Assembly (NCBI GenBank): GCA_963662465.1
Contig: OY759599.1
Span: 1,920,001 to 1,984,000 of the forward strand
Reading direction: 5' to 3'
Source: Desulfatiglandales bacterium
Lineage (GTDB): Bacteria > Desulfobacterota > DSM-4660 > Desulfatiglandales > Desulfatiglandaceae
Length of the DNA stretch: 64,000 nt
The translations under genes were made by a program, and so were the position numbers. Under the pieces are notes generated by a model. It was not told the DNA's origin, ran no database searches, and worked only from the letters and a program-made list of their open reading frames with translations. Every line of letters starts with the position of its first letter. The stretch's first letter is position 1. Below, piece after piece: positions 9,020-18,622 of the stretch.

Positions 9020-11068
9020 TTAGATCACGGCAACATGTTTTTCCAGTTTCACCGCGCACACCTTGTAATCCGGCGTTTGGGATACGGGATCCAGAAACGA
9101 CCCGAGCAACCAGTTGGGATTGGCTTCTTCAAAATGAAAATCCATAAAAATGGAACCCTCCGGCACAATATCTCCAATTCGTACGGGAGTGACGACCTCT
9201 CCCCTTCGGGAGGTCACCTTAACGGAACCACCGTCCGCTACGCCCATCCGTTCAGCGTCTGAAAAATGCATCTGGGCCATGGGTCCGGAGAATTCACGTT
9301 CCAGAGAGGGGCATCGACCGGTCATGGTACGGGTATGATAGTGTGCATATCGTCTGCCGGTGGTCAGTATAAAGGGGTATTTTTCATCCGGAAGCTCTTC
9401 CGATGGCCGGTACGTTATAGCATGAAACAGGCCCTTTCCCCTGGCAAATCCTTTTTCATGGAGAAACTTGGTTCCGGGATGGTCCGGCGCCGGACAGGGC
9501 CACTGAATGTCCACGGCATCAATGCGATCATAGGTAATGCCCGAAAAGCTGGGGGTAAGGGATGCCATTTCCTCAAACACCTCCCTCGCGGAAGCATAGG
9601 CCATATTTTTTAGCCCCAGCCTGCGTCCGATTTCGGACAGTATCACCCAGTTGGGTCTGGCCTCCCCAGGGGGCTCCACGGCTTTTCGGATTCGCTGAAC
9701 CTTGCGCTCCGTATTGGTAAAAGTCCCTTCCACCTCAGCCCAGGCCGCGCCCGGCAGCACCACATGGGCCAGCTCGGCTGTCCGGGTAAGGAAAATGTCC
9801 TGCACCACCAGAAATTCAGCGGAGGTGAGGGCCTTTTTAACATGATGGATGTTGGGATCGCTCTCCACTGAATTTTCCCCAAAGATGTACATTCCCTTGA
9901 CGGAACCATCGATAAGCCCATCCATCATTTCAGGGATCATTTTTCCCACTTTTGAAGACAACGGCGCCTCCCAGACCCTTTGAAACTTCTCCTGGCTGGC
10001 CAAATCGGTCACCACCTGATACCCAGGGTACACATTGGGCAATGCCCCCATATCACAGGCGCCCTGAACATTGTTCTGCCCTCGAAGGGGATTAACACCG
10101 CTTGCGGGCTTTCCGATATGTCCCGTGAGCATGGCCAGATTGGCCAGGGATTTCACATTGTCAACCCCGGAGGAATGCTCCGTAATGCCAAGGGTATACA
10201 ATATTGTTGAGACATTGGCGGTAGCATAGGAACGGGCCACTTCCTTCATGACATCCATGGGTACGCCGCAGGTACTCGAAGCCTCCTCCAAGGGATATTC
10301 CAAAATGGTTTTCTCAAACGCTTCAAACCCTTCGCATCTTTCTTCGATGAATTTCCTATTGTGCCAATTGTTTTTCACAATCTCGCTCATGACGCCGTTT
10401 AAAAAAGCCACATTCGTTCCGTATTTGATTCGCACATGGATGTCGGCAAACTGGGAAAGCTGTATCTTTCGAGGATCTACAACGATCAGCTTCGCCCCTT
10501 TCAGCTTGGCGCGATAAACGCGATGAGCGATCAGGGGATGGGCCTCCGTGGTATTGGAACCGATCACGAACACGCAATCCGCATCCTGAATCTCGGGGAT
10601 GGAGTTGGTCATGGCGCCACTCCCGAATGCCGCGGCAAGACCTGCCACGGTGGGAGCATGTCAGAGCCTGGCGCAGTGATCGACATTATTGGTCCCAAAT
10701 CCGGCCCGGCAGAGCTTCTGCAGCAGATAGTTCTCCTCATTGCTGCAACGGGCGGAACTCAAAAACGCAAGGGCGTCGCCCCCATGCCTTTCACGAATGC
10801 CCGAAAGGTTGGAAACAACCGTTTCCAAAGCCTCCTCCCATGAAGTCTCCTGCAATTTCCCGTTTTTCCGAACCAGCGGCGCCGTAAGCCGGTCGGGACT
10901 GTGAACGAATTGATGCGCATTCCAGCCTTTGATGCAGAGTTTTCCTTCGTTCATTTGAGCACCTTTGAAGGGGATGGTTCCGATGAGCTTTCCATCCATC
11001 ACTTCCAGAAGCATCTGGCACCCACAACCGCAAAAAGGGCATGTGGTCCTTACAAATTTGTAGTCCAT
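9020..11068 (-). CDS. fdhF: Selenocysteine-containing formate dehydrogenase alpha subunit (FdhF-like, ~682 aa)
   Basis: ORFs 10661-11068 and 9020-10648 join in frame across TGA 10663-10661: DHCARL-U-HAPTVAGL; N-terminal CPFCGCGC 4Fe-4S motif, PLRGQNNVQG; no Tat signal. Confidence 0.93.
10619..10657 (-). promoter_or_regulatory. Bacterial SECIS hairpin
   Basis: CCGUGGCA-GGUCU-UGCCGCGG upper stem 10 nt after UGA plus GCUCCC/GGGAGU lower stem; resembles the fdhF-type SECIS. Confidence 0.85.
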
Positions 11069-11120
11069 AGATAATCCTCTTCCATAAAAAATTGAACAGC
11101 TCTCCAGTTAAAGCAATGCA

Positions 11121-11140
11121 CTATGTCATATAAGACATAT
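11121..11140. promoter_or_regulatory. Putative ModE-family operator (FDH side)
   Basis: Palindrome cTATGTC-atataa-GACATAt. Confidence 0.7.
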
Positions 11141-11298
11141 TATTCCGCAAATGCATTCTATGCCCTTGTTGCTCTCCAAAAATCCATTAAGACCCAGGTT
11201 TTAATTATGTTTTATATATTTTATTTCTTATGGTCTGTTTTTCAGAAATAAAACAATTCAGACGGATTGCTTTCATGGGGCTATATCAAAACCCATTC

Positions 11299-11320
11299 GC
11301 TATGTCAACAGAGACATAGC
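11299..11320. promoter_or_regulatory. Putative ModE-family operator (regulator side)
   Basis: Perfect palindrome GCTATGTC-aacaga-GACATAGC. Confidence 0.72.
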
Positions 11321-11384
11321 AATGGCGATTGAAATTCTCCCTTTTCAGTTGCGGCATTTCAGCGTATGTGCTAAAAGACCTCCC

Positions 11385-11756
11385 ATGCAGCAAACAGAAC
11401 CATTTCATATTCGATCAAAAATCTGGATTGAGGATGAATCAGGAAATGTGGTGTTTGGCCTCGGCAGGCTGAAAATCCTTGATGCCGTGGACCGACTGGG
11501 GTCGATCCAGGGCGCCGCCAAGGAATTGAAGATGAGTTACAGGGCAATCTGGGGCAGGATCAAAGCAACGGAGGAGAGACTCAACCGTCCGCTGCTCATT
11601 CGAAACATCGGGGGACGCACCGGCGGGGGGTCCCAGTTGACCCCTTTTGCATTAGATCTCCTGATACACTTCCGGCATCTTCACCACCGGATCATCACCC
11701 TGTCCGATTCAGAGTTCAAAAAAACCATGGCGTCCTATTTCGGGGAAAACAAATGA
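11385..11756 (+). CDS. ModE-family winged-helix regulator lacking TOBE domains
   Basis: VFGLGRLKILDAV..GSIQGAAKELKMSYRAIW..GGRTGGGSQLT. Confidence 0.85.
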   Translation: MQQTEPFHIRSKIWIEDESGNVVFGLGRLKILDAVDRLGSIQGAAKELKMSYRAIWGRIKATEERLNRPLLIRNIGGRTGGGSQLTPFALDLLIHFRHLHHRIITLSDSEFKKTMASYFGENK

Positions 11757-11944
11757 TCCTTATAGTGAGCATCAGGTGGTAAGACGGCTTTACGTCGAGG
11801 ATACGGCAAACCGAAAATTTTAGAGCTGAACTTCTTGGAAAACGATAATCACCGAAAGCCCCTTGGCAGGGAACACGACTGCCACCGCCATTCAGATACA
11901 GCCTTTGCTCGGTCCTTTTCATACATAACTTTCACCTTGGCAAG

Positions 11945-13012
11945 ATGGTCTTGCAAACTGAGTCACCCATGACCGACATCCAACTTTGTTCCGGAAAGAA
12001 TGAGTGGGATGCCTACGTGTCTCAACATAATCATAGCTCTTTTTCCCATCTTCATGGCTGGGGGGAAACCCTGGCATCCGTCTATGATTTGCAACTATTT
12101 CGCCTGGCTGCCCGGGACCGGGAAAAACAAAATAAAATTGTGGGTGTCCTGCCCCTGATTTTATTTCCCGCACCCGGGCAGGATCCCCGACTTATTTCGC
12201 TGCCCTATAGTGATGCCGCGGGAATTATTGCACAAGATGCCCCAACTCAGGAGAAATTGCTGCTGGCGGGGCTGAAGCTTGCACAAGATCTTGGCGCGAT
12301 TCACCTGGAGCTTCGCCAGTCAGGGGACCTGGCCATTCCCAGGACAAAGCCCCCTGTGGTCCATACTCCGAATACCTTTAAAGTCGGATTAAGCCGCGAT
12401 TTGCCGGATTCCGTGGAAGCACTCTGGCAAAAGATTGGACCAAAAATCAGAAATCAGGTACGCAAAGCAAAAAAAAACGGGGGGAAGGTCATTATTGGCG
12501 GGTCAGAGCTCCTGCCTCAATTTTATGCTGTTTTTTCAGAAAATATGCGGGATCTTGGATCACCGGTCCATGACAGGATGCTTTTTGACCGGATGGCCCG
12601 TCACCTGCCCGAGCAGTTGAAAATTTTACTGGTAACCATCAAGGATCTCCCGGTTGCAACGGCCATGGTTTTTTTCCATAACAAGGCCCTGTTTAACCCC
12701 TGGGCGTCTTCACTGAGACGATTCAGGCCTGACTGCCCCAATATGTTGCTCTACTGGCGTATGCTGTCCTATGCACTTGAGAAAGGATGCCAACGGTTTG
12801 ACTTTGGCCGTTCCTCCCCCCATGCTTCCACCTGCCGGTTTAAATGTCAATGGGGGGCTAAACAGCAACCTTTGACCTGGCACGTTTTTTCACTGGCACA
12901 TCCCCCATGGAAGCCTGAAGGTGAAACCCTTGTGAATGAGAAATGGAAAAGCCTGACGGTTGAGGCATCACAAACCTTTGGTCCATCCATCCGGCGATGG
13001 ATCAGCCTTTAA
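11945..13012 (+). CDS. FemAB-related GNAT-fold protein
   Basis: LISLPYSD, IRNQVRKAKK, ENMRDLGSPVH, PNMLLYW, FDFGRS, FKCQWGA. Confidence 0.82.
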   Translation: MVLQTESPMTDIQLCSGKNEWDAYVSQHNHSSFSHLHGWGETLASVYDLQLFRLAARDREKQNKIVGVLPLILFPAPGQDPRLISLPYSDAAGIIAQDAPTQEKLLLAGLKLAQDLGAIHLELRQSGDLAIPRTKPPVVHTPNTFKVGLSRDLPDSVEALWQKIGPKIRNQVRKAKKNGGKVIIGGSELLPQFYAVFSENMRDLGSPVHDRMLFDRMARHLPEQLKILLVTIKDLPVATAMVFFHNKALFNPWASSLRRFRPDCPNMLLYWRMLSYALEKGCQRFDFGRSSPHASTCRFKCQWGAKQQPLTWHVFSLAHPPWKPEGETLVNEKWKSLTVEASQTFGPSIRRWISL

Positions 13013-14178
13013 GGTTTATGATGACCGATATTCAACATGGGAATATCAAGATTACACTGCCCATGCCGGTTTTCCTGGTCATTGAAGACGTCGGCTGGTG
13101 GCAGGGCGTTGACGGATCATCTTATCAGGAACCCTTTCGTAACAATTTGAAAAGGCGCCATTGCATAGAGGATTATCAGGCACTCGCCCATCTGGCCAAA
13201 CGGCTTTCCATGAAAATTGCCCTTGGCATGGTGATGTGTGAATGGGACCGGACAGACTTCTTAAAAAATATCCCCGGCGCCACCTGGATGGGGAAGGCCT
13301 GGAACAATCAGAAAAACACAGGGCCGCAACTGGATCAGGTTTCTGAGTATTTAAACGCCCATGGCCACCTGTTTGAGATTGCCCTGCATGGGGTTGGGCA
13401 TGAATTCTGGAAGGGTGGGCAGATGGAACGATCAGAGTTCCATGACAGTAACGGAAACATGAGATCGAAAAATTGTATTATCCGTCATCTTGAAGCATTT
13501 GAACGGCTGCTTGAACAAAATCATATTCTATCTTTTCCGCGATTATTTATTCCCCCCGCCTTGAATCACAGCTTTGGCGACGGCTCGATCCAGGCCTTGC
13601 TCAAACGCTTTGGCATCGATTATGTAACAACAAAATTTTGTCGGTCCCGTCAGTTTTCAGCGCCCAAACACCCTAAACTGACCTGGGAATCCGGTGTGAT
13701 GCTTCTGGAGAGGGGAGACGCTTTGGCGGCATGGAACAAGGTGGCAAGTTCACCTGCCTGGAATGGACCCCAGCCGATCCTGCCACTTCATTGGGGCAAC
13801 CTTCTGCATTCTCAGCCGGAACGAAATTTTGAAATTGTCGACCTATGGGCAGATATGCTGCTCTCAAAAACATCCGGCCCGGATTTTATTTTGGCAGAAG
13901 ACGCAGCCGCCTGCTGGCGGCAAGCGGCTGTCCACTATCTGGCAAAAATTAAAACCGGAAACAACCGGATCCTCATCGATCTGAACGCTCTGCCAAAGCT
14001 TTCATCGATCTCTGGTGCTTTTTCCATAACCATACAGGGGAGGCACGATTTGTTCCGGCAGGCCGGCAACGCAAAAATTCTGGAGCAAAAAAAGGCATCA
14101 GAAGACCTGGTCACACTGAAACTGCTTCCCGAAGAAGGGAAAAAAGAAATTGTCATTTTCCCGGCAGATTCCCATTAA
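12997..14178 (+). CDS. Hypothetical protein, possible polysaccharide-deacetylase-like fold
   Basis: VIEDVGW, EIALHGVGH, FIPPA motifs reminiscent of NodB-like barrels; start may be 13018. Confidence 0.55.
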   Translation: MDQPLRFMMTDIQHGNIKITLPMPVFLVIEDVGWWQGVDGSSYQEPFRNNLKRRHCIEDYQALAHLAKRLSMKIALGMVMCEWDRTDFLKNIPGATWMGKAWNNQKNTGPQLDQVSEYLNAHGHLFEIALHGVGHEFWKGGQMERSEFHDSNGNMRSKNCIIRHLEAFERLLEQNHILSFPRLFIPPALNHSFGDGSIQALLKRFGIDYVTTKFCRSRQFSAPKHPKLTWESGVMLLERGDALAAWNKVASSPAWNGPQPILPLHWGNLLHSQPERNFEIVDLWADMLLSKTSGPDFILAEDAAACWRQAAVHYLAKIKTGNNRILIDLNALPKLSSISGAFSITIQGRHDLFRQAGNAKILEQKKASEDLVTLKLLPEEGKKEIVIFPADSH

Positions 14179-14267
14179 TCCAGCCCAACCAACGTCTAAT
14201 GCATCTTTGTCCGGCGCAAGGGTCGAAACGTATTTAATTTTACGGGCGCCTGTGATATCCTTTGGCC

Positions 14268-15500
14268 ATGAGAATTCTTCACATTATCAGTCAGTCACCG
14301 GATTTTACCGGCAGTGGAAAATATATCCGGGAGATTATCCGGCAAAGCACAAAAAATGGTCATGATAATTTTTTATTGGCAGGGGCCCAGGCTGATTTTA
14401 CCATATCTTCCTCATTAATCCCCCGGGACCATACTCTCTTTGTCCGGTTTGACGGCATGGACCTTGATTTTCCCATTCCGGGAATGAGCGATATCATGCC
14501 CTATTCGAGCAGCTTGTTCTCACGGCTTGATGACAACCATCTGTCAGCATACAAACTGGCCTTTGGGAAAAAAATCAAGCAGGCCATAGACCGGTTCAAT
14601 CCTGATTTGATTCACACACATCACCTGTGGATTGTTTCAGCGCTTACAAGACAAATAACCCAAAACATCCCCATGGTGACAACCTGTCATGGGACCTGTC
14701 TACGCCAGCATCACAATTGTCCGGATATCAGCAAAAAGATTCTTTTAGACCTTCAAGGAATTGACAAGGTCATTGCCTTGAGCTGTGATCAAAAACAATT
14801 GATCGTCAGTGCCTTGTCCATTGATCCCCAAAAAATATCGATTATCAGCGGCGGTTATAATAAAGATTGTTTTTACAGTGAACCCAAGCCTTTTGACGGT
14901 ACAGTGGAACTGCTCTACGCAGGAAAAATCAGTGCATCAAAGGGCGTGCCCTGGCTGTTGAAAAGTCTGTATCTGATTCGAGAACTGCCTTTCAGGCTGC
15001 ACCTGGCGGGCAATGCCAATGAGGAGGAAAAACAGATTTGCCTGTCTCTGGCGGATCGTCTGGGTTCAAAAGCCCTCTACCATGGGGCCTTGAGCCATGA
15101 AAAATTAAGTGATTTAATGAGAAAGGCGCATATTTTTATTTTACCCTCTTTTTTTGAGGGACTGCCCCTGGTACTCATGGAGGCCCTGGCATGCGGCTGC
15201 CGAATTATCACCACCGCCCTTCCAGGCGTTCATGAGATCTTTAAAACAGATCATCCGGGAATGGTCCAGCTGGTTAAACTGCCAAGACTTGAAACCATTG
15301 ATAAACCATTTAAACAAGACGAGATGTCCATGGAAACGCTACTTTCAATTACCATGGCGGAATTGATATCCCTGGTTGAAGAACACCCCCAGCCGGATAT
15401 GGCATATGTTCAATCGAATTCATCTAATTTTACATGGGAAAAAATCTTTTTGAAAATTGCGGGTGTCTATGGGGAGTTGTCCGGAAAAACAATGCCATAA
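14268..15500 (+). CDS. Glycosyltransferase family 4
   Basis: PDLIHTHH, YAGKISASKG, FILPSFFEGLPLVLMEALACG. Confidence 0.9.
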   Translation: MRILHIISQSPDFTGSGKYIREIIRQSTKNGHDNFLLAGAQADFTISSSLIPRDHTLFVRFDGMDLDFPIPGMSDIMPYSSSLFSRLDDNHLSAYKLAFGKKIKQAIDRFNPDLIHTHHLWIVSALTRQITQNIPMVTTCHGTCLRQHHNCPDISKKILLDLQGIDKVIALSCDQKQLIVSALSIDPQKISIISGGYNKDCFYSEPKPFDGTVELLYAGKISASKGVPWLLKSLYLIRELPFRLHLAGNANEEEKQICLSLADRLGSKALYHGALSHEKLSDLMRKAHIFILPSFFEGLPLVLMEALACGCRIITTALPGVHEIFKTDHPGMVQLVKLPRLETIDKPFKQDEMSMETLLSITMAELISLVEEHPQPDMAYVQSNSSNFTWEKIFLKIAGVYGELSGKTMP

Positions 15501-15536
15501 ATCGATTCAATCTAAAGGAATGCCCCCCTGCCTATG

Positions 15537-16352
15537 CTAAAGATGGACTGCAATGGCTGCAATATCATCATGACATTTGAACCTGGGGTATCGCCTGATA
15601 TCAGGGTCCTGTGATTCAATTTTCCGGATGCTTTCCTTAACTCCGGTCAACCCCTCCTCTTGGAATTTTTGGGCAAGGAGGTCAAAGGATTTTTTTTGTG
15701 CAGGCGTTGTTGAGGGCAGTTGCAGTCCGTCTGTGAACAATAAGATGCTGGCGACATCTTCAAGGGATTCAAATCCATTTTGTGTAAAATTAAGCGCCTC
15801 TGGTTCTCCGTTGAGAACACCGTAAGACCGATTCATCTGGAACCTGACTTTTTTAATCTGATCTTTCATTGCAGCATTAAATTTAAAGTTTTCTGCTTTG
15901 AGCATTGTCAGGGTTTCATAATCATGATCCTTCCGGTCTGCTAAAACTCTGAAAGATCCATCATTATAAAACAAAAGAATTTGAGCATCTCCAGTTTGAA
16001 ACCATTCAAGCGCTTCTTCAATTCTTATGACCGCGGCACTGGTGCTCCATAAATTGTGGCGGTGTTCCATATCAAGGTTCTGACTGATCATTTTTGTCCG
16101 GATGGCTTGATTTGCCCGGATGCCCAATTGATCCAGTGAAAAATGATTTTTCGAAAACTCATGGCTGGCGGTTTGGGCTGCAATCATTCCACCGGTTTGC
16201 CCTCCCTCAAAGGCATGGGTGTCAAGGCTTGTGGCGCCGTCAAAAACACCGAAAAGGTTGTCAGCGATTACCAGGCTATCTTCATTAAGTTGTCCGGATC
16301 CCTTTTCAAGGATATGCTCTATTTTTATCTTGTAATTTATTTTTATTCCCAT
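15537..16352 (-). CDS. PP2C-like phosphatase domain protein
   Basis: NEDS, GVFDGAT, QTGDA, LLFTDGL, HDDIAAI metal-binding motifs. Confidence 0.75.
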   Translation of the reverse strand: MGIKINYKIKIEHILEKGSGQLNEDSLVIADNLFGVFDGATSLDTHAFEGGQTGGMIAAQTASHEFSKNHFSLDQLGIRANQAIRTKMISQNLDMEHRHNLWSTSAAVIRIEEALEWFQTGDAQILLFYNDGSFRVLADRKDHDYETLTMLKAENFKFNAAMKDQIKKVRFQMNRSYGVLNGEPEALNFTQNGFESLEDVASILLFTDGLQLPSTTPAQKKSFDLLAQKFQEEGLTGVKESIRKIESQDPDIRRYPRFKCHDDIAAIAVHL

Positions 16353-16768
16353 GGTAGATTAAAATAGAGTCGGGCAAGGAGATTGTCAAAATGGTAATTC
16401 CAATGGGTTTTCAACAATTCATAGGAATTTTCAATAGAACGATTTTTTCCCCGCTATGGGGGACACTTGGGTTAAGCTATCAATGATAGAACACGCCTTT
16501 GCACACCCTTGTATCATTGATAAGACTCCCTGCTTTTTTAATCATTTCATTGTCCATGAAGCTGCCCTTTATAGAGCCTGTTTAAAAATTATTTAAAACC
16601 AAAAAATTGGCATCCGGTTATAAACTAGAATCTGTTTAAACGGGCATTCCATGATAGAATTTCCTATGCAAGCTGGAAATTGCTCCTACCCTTAAAACAA
16701 AAGGGTTTCAAGTTGTACCCTGAAAAGGGTTAAAAACGGGGGATTTTTTGTCTCCATCTACTCAAGGC

Positions 16769-16797
16769 TTGACAAACGGAACAGCAGAATTTACCAT
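16769..16797 (+). promoter_or_regulatory. Sigma70 promoter of vapBC-like pair
   Basis: TTGACA-17 nt-TACCAT. Confidence 0.6.
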
Positions 16798-16844
16798 TAA
16801 ACCATATCATACATCTTTTTTAACTGTATTGAATGGAGGCAAAG

Positions 16845-17030
16845 ATGGCACTTGTAAAGAAGACCATTGAATTGGATCAGGACCAGATTAACCGAATCAA
16901 AACAGCCTTGAAGGCCAGGTCGGAAAAAGAGGCAATAAATACAGTTCTTAAGCAATTTGACACAGACGTAGCACTGGCAGAAGTAACACTGAAAGGTGCG
17001 GGTACTTTTGAGTTTGACGAGGTATACTAG
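16845..17030 (+). CDS. VapB-like antitoxin
   Basis: Small protein KKTIELDQ..SEKEAIN immediately upstream of a PIN gene; GGAGG RBS. Confidence 0.7.
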   Translation: MALVKKTIELDQDQINRIKTALKARSEKEAINTVLKQFDTDVALAEVTLKGAGTFEFDEVY

Positions 17031-17031
17031 C

Positions 17032-17454
17032 GTGCAGGAAAAAGTGGTTTTTGACACAAACATTTACATTGGTGTATTCAATGACGGCCTTTTTCAGGAT
17101 GAGATCAATGGATTCAATAAGATCATGTATCTCGTCCATCCTGTACTCCACGAACTGTGGATAGGCGCCAAAGGGAGAAAAGAAATCAATCATTTGATCG
17201 ATTTTGGAGTAAGCTTTGTTAAATCAGAGAGACTTGTTGTCCCTTCTGCTTCTACACAGATACTGATCGGGAAAGTATGCCAAAAGCTCCGACTTTCCGG
17301 TAAGCTTAATCCGATCTATCCCCGTATTTACAATGACGTTTCCATTGCCTTGTTGGCCAGACAGATCGGCGCCACACTTGTAACCATGAATATTTCAGAC
17401 TTTGAAAAAATTCATAAAGTGGTGGATTTCAGATTCCGTGACGTTTCGGTATAG
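17032..17454 (+). CDS. VapC/PIN-domain toxin
   Basis: GTG start; VVFDTNIYI, VLHELWIG, NDVSIALLA, LVTMNISDF acidic PIN motifs. Confidence 0.85.
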   Translation: MQEKVVFDTNIYIGVFNDGLFQDEINGFNKIMYLVHPVLHELWIGAKGRKEINHLIDFGVSFVKSERLVVPSASTQILIGKVCQKLRLSGKLNPIYPRIYNDVSIALLARQIGATLVTMNISDFEKIHKVVDFRFRDVSV

Positions 17455-17831
17455 CCATATTCTCGTGTGATTTTTTTGGCACGGATTACGCAGTTTACAC
17501 GGTTGTTTTTTTTATTGCACTAATTGCTTTCTCCTTTTCACAGACCTCATTGACGTCCCTGATATTTTCCACCGACAGGATCGGCAGGTACATTTCATAG
17601 AGTTGGATTTTAAATTCGCTCTTGCCCAACCTAAAGTTGGGTTTTTGTGGAGATTAGGACTTTTTCAGAAAAGGCACATCCCCCGAAACGGCGGATAAAT
17701 GGGGGATATTTTAGAAGCTTTGATGCGAAATGGGGGAGATGGGGGGATCTTTGAAGAAGGCTGCGTTAAAGATGTAAGGGCATCATTTCAGCTGCTCGTT
17801 TTTCCAGGCGTGGGTTTATGAGAATTATTTC

Positions 17832-17860
17832 TTGATTATGATTCCTTTTGTGCGTATGTT
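17832..17860 (+). promoter_or_regulatory. Possible sigma70 promoter of second TA pair
   Basis: TTGATT-17 nt-TATGTT upstream of GGAGG RBS. Confidence 0.4.
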
Positions 17861-17883
17861 AGGAACAAAAAAATGGAGGGGTT

Positions 17884-18141
17884 ATGGCTAAAACTCGCAT
17901 TAATGTCAGCCTCGATCAGGATCTTGCTGATTTTGCCAAGATATTTGCGGCTGAAAACCGGACGTCCGTGGCAGAGATGGTCACTCAATATCTGTTGGCT
18001 TTGAAAAGACGTGTCGATGGAGAACAGATGGAAAACATTCTCGTCCATCCCGCTTTTGAACAGGCAATGGAAGAGGTTCAGGTTAAGCTGCGCAACGGAA
18101 CCGCACAATGGCATTCCTATGAGGAGATTTTCGAGGACTGA
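17884..18141 (+). CDS. Ribbon-helix-helix antitoxin-like protein
   Basis: KTRINVSLD..AKIFAAENRTSVAEMV; acidic tail; stop overlaps toxin start. Confidence 0.75.
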   Translation: MAKTRINVSLDQDLADFAKIFAAENRTSVAEMVTQYLLALKRRVDGEQMENILVHPAFEQAMEEVQVKLRNGTAQWHSYEEIFED

Positions 18142-18452
18142 TGGACGCCCGATTTGAAATCGCCTTCTTAAAGGCTGTTCGAAAGCACGCCTCAATTAAG
18201 AAATTGGTCAAGAAAAAAGTTGATATGATTATTGAAAATCCCGTCGCTGCGGGCGAACCTTTGAAGGGCAATTGGCAGGGTTTTTATTCCTGTCCCGTGA
18301 AGCGCAATTTTATCATAATATACCTGTACTGTGGTGTGTGCCGTAGGAAAAGAGATGATGTCGTTGTGGCTTGCTTCGATTGCAAAGAGAGACCAGACCA
18401 AACCATCAAATTTGTTCTGCTTGGGCCTCATGATAAGGCCTACGGGATATGA
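18141..18452 (+). CDS. RelE/ParE-superfamily toxin-like protein with two CxxC motifs
   Basis: ENP..GEPLKGNWQGFYS, FIIIY, C-terminal LGPHDKAY; CGVC and CFDC insert. Confidence 0.7.
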   Translation: MDARFEIAFLKAVRKHASIKKLVKKKVDMIIENPVAAGEPLKGNWQGFYSCPVKRNFIIIYLYCGVCRRKRDDVVVACFDCKERPDQTIKFVLLGPHDKAYGI

Positions 18453-18459
18453 TACACTC

Positions 18460-18622
18460 CATGATGGGGCATCATGCTCGGATGCGTCCGGGGCCGGGAT
18501 CTGTAACGTATCCCTGAAAGCGGCCAAGAGTCTTCCGAGATACTCAAGGGAAACATTCAGAAGCTGCTGCTTGTGTAACCGTTTCAGTAAATCCGCCATT
18601 TTGGGACCCAAATCCACAAGGA
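18460..18622 (-). pseudogene. Probable fragment of a MalT/LuxR-type regulator
   Basis: LVDLGPKMADLLKRL..YLGRLLAAF resembles the segment preceding the HTH in MalT-like proteins; no start or HTH. Confidence 0.4.

Noticed and set aside
9020..11068. FDH as a pseudogene or two genes
   Set aside because: The internal stop is UGA at the Sec position with a SECIS hairpin
11790..11900. Possible c-di-GMP-I riboswitch (GGCAAACC..GAAA)
   Set aside because: The second conserved block (GACGCAAAGC-like) and pairing arms are absent
16572..16640. tagagcctgtttaaa as an IS terminal repeat
   Set aside because: No inverted partner or transposase nearby; too short to support
17476..17510. Sigma54 promoter TGGCACG..GC
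   Set aside because: Lacks TT before GC and no gene start is close; better explained as a degenerate cacggatta repeat
17495..17625. Minus-strand open stretch KSEFKIQLYEMYLP as a gene
   Set aside because: No supported start and no recognisable family
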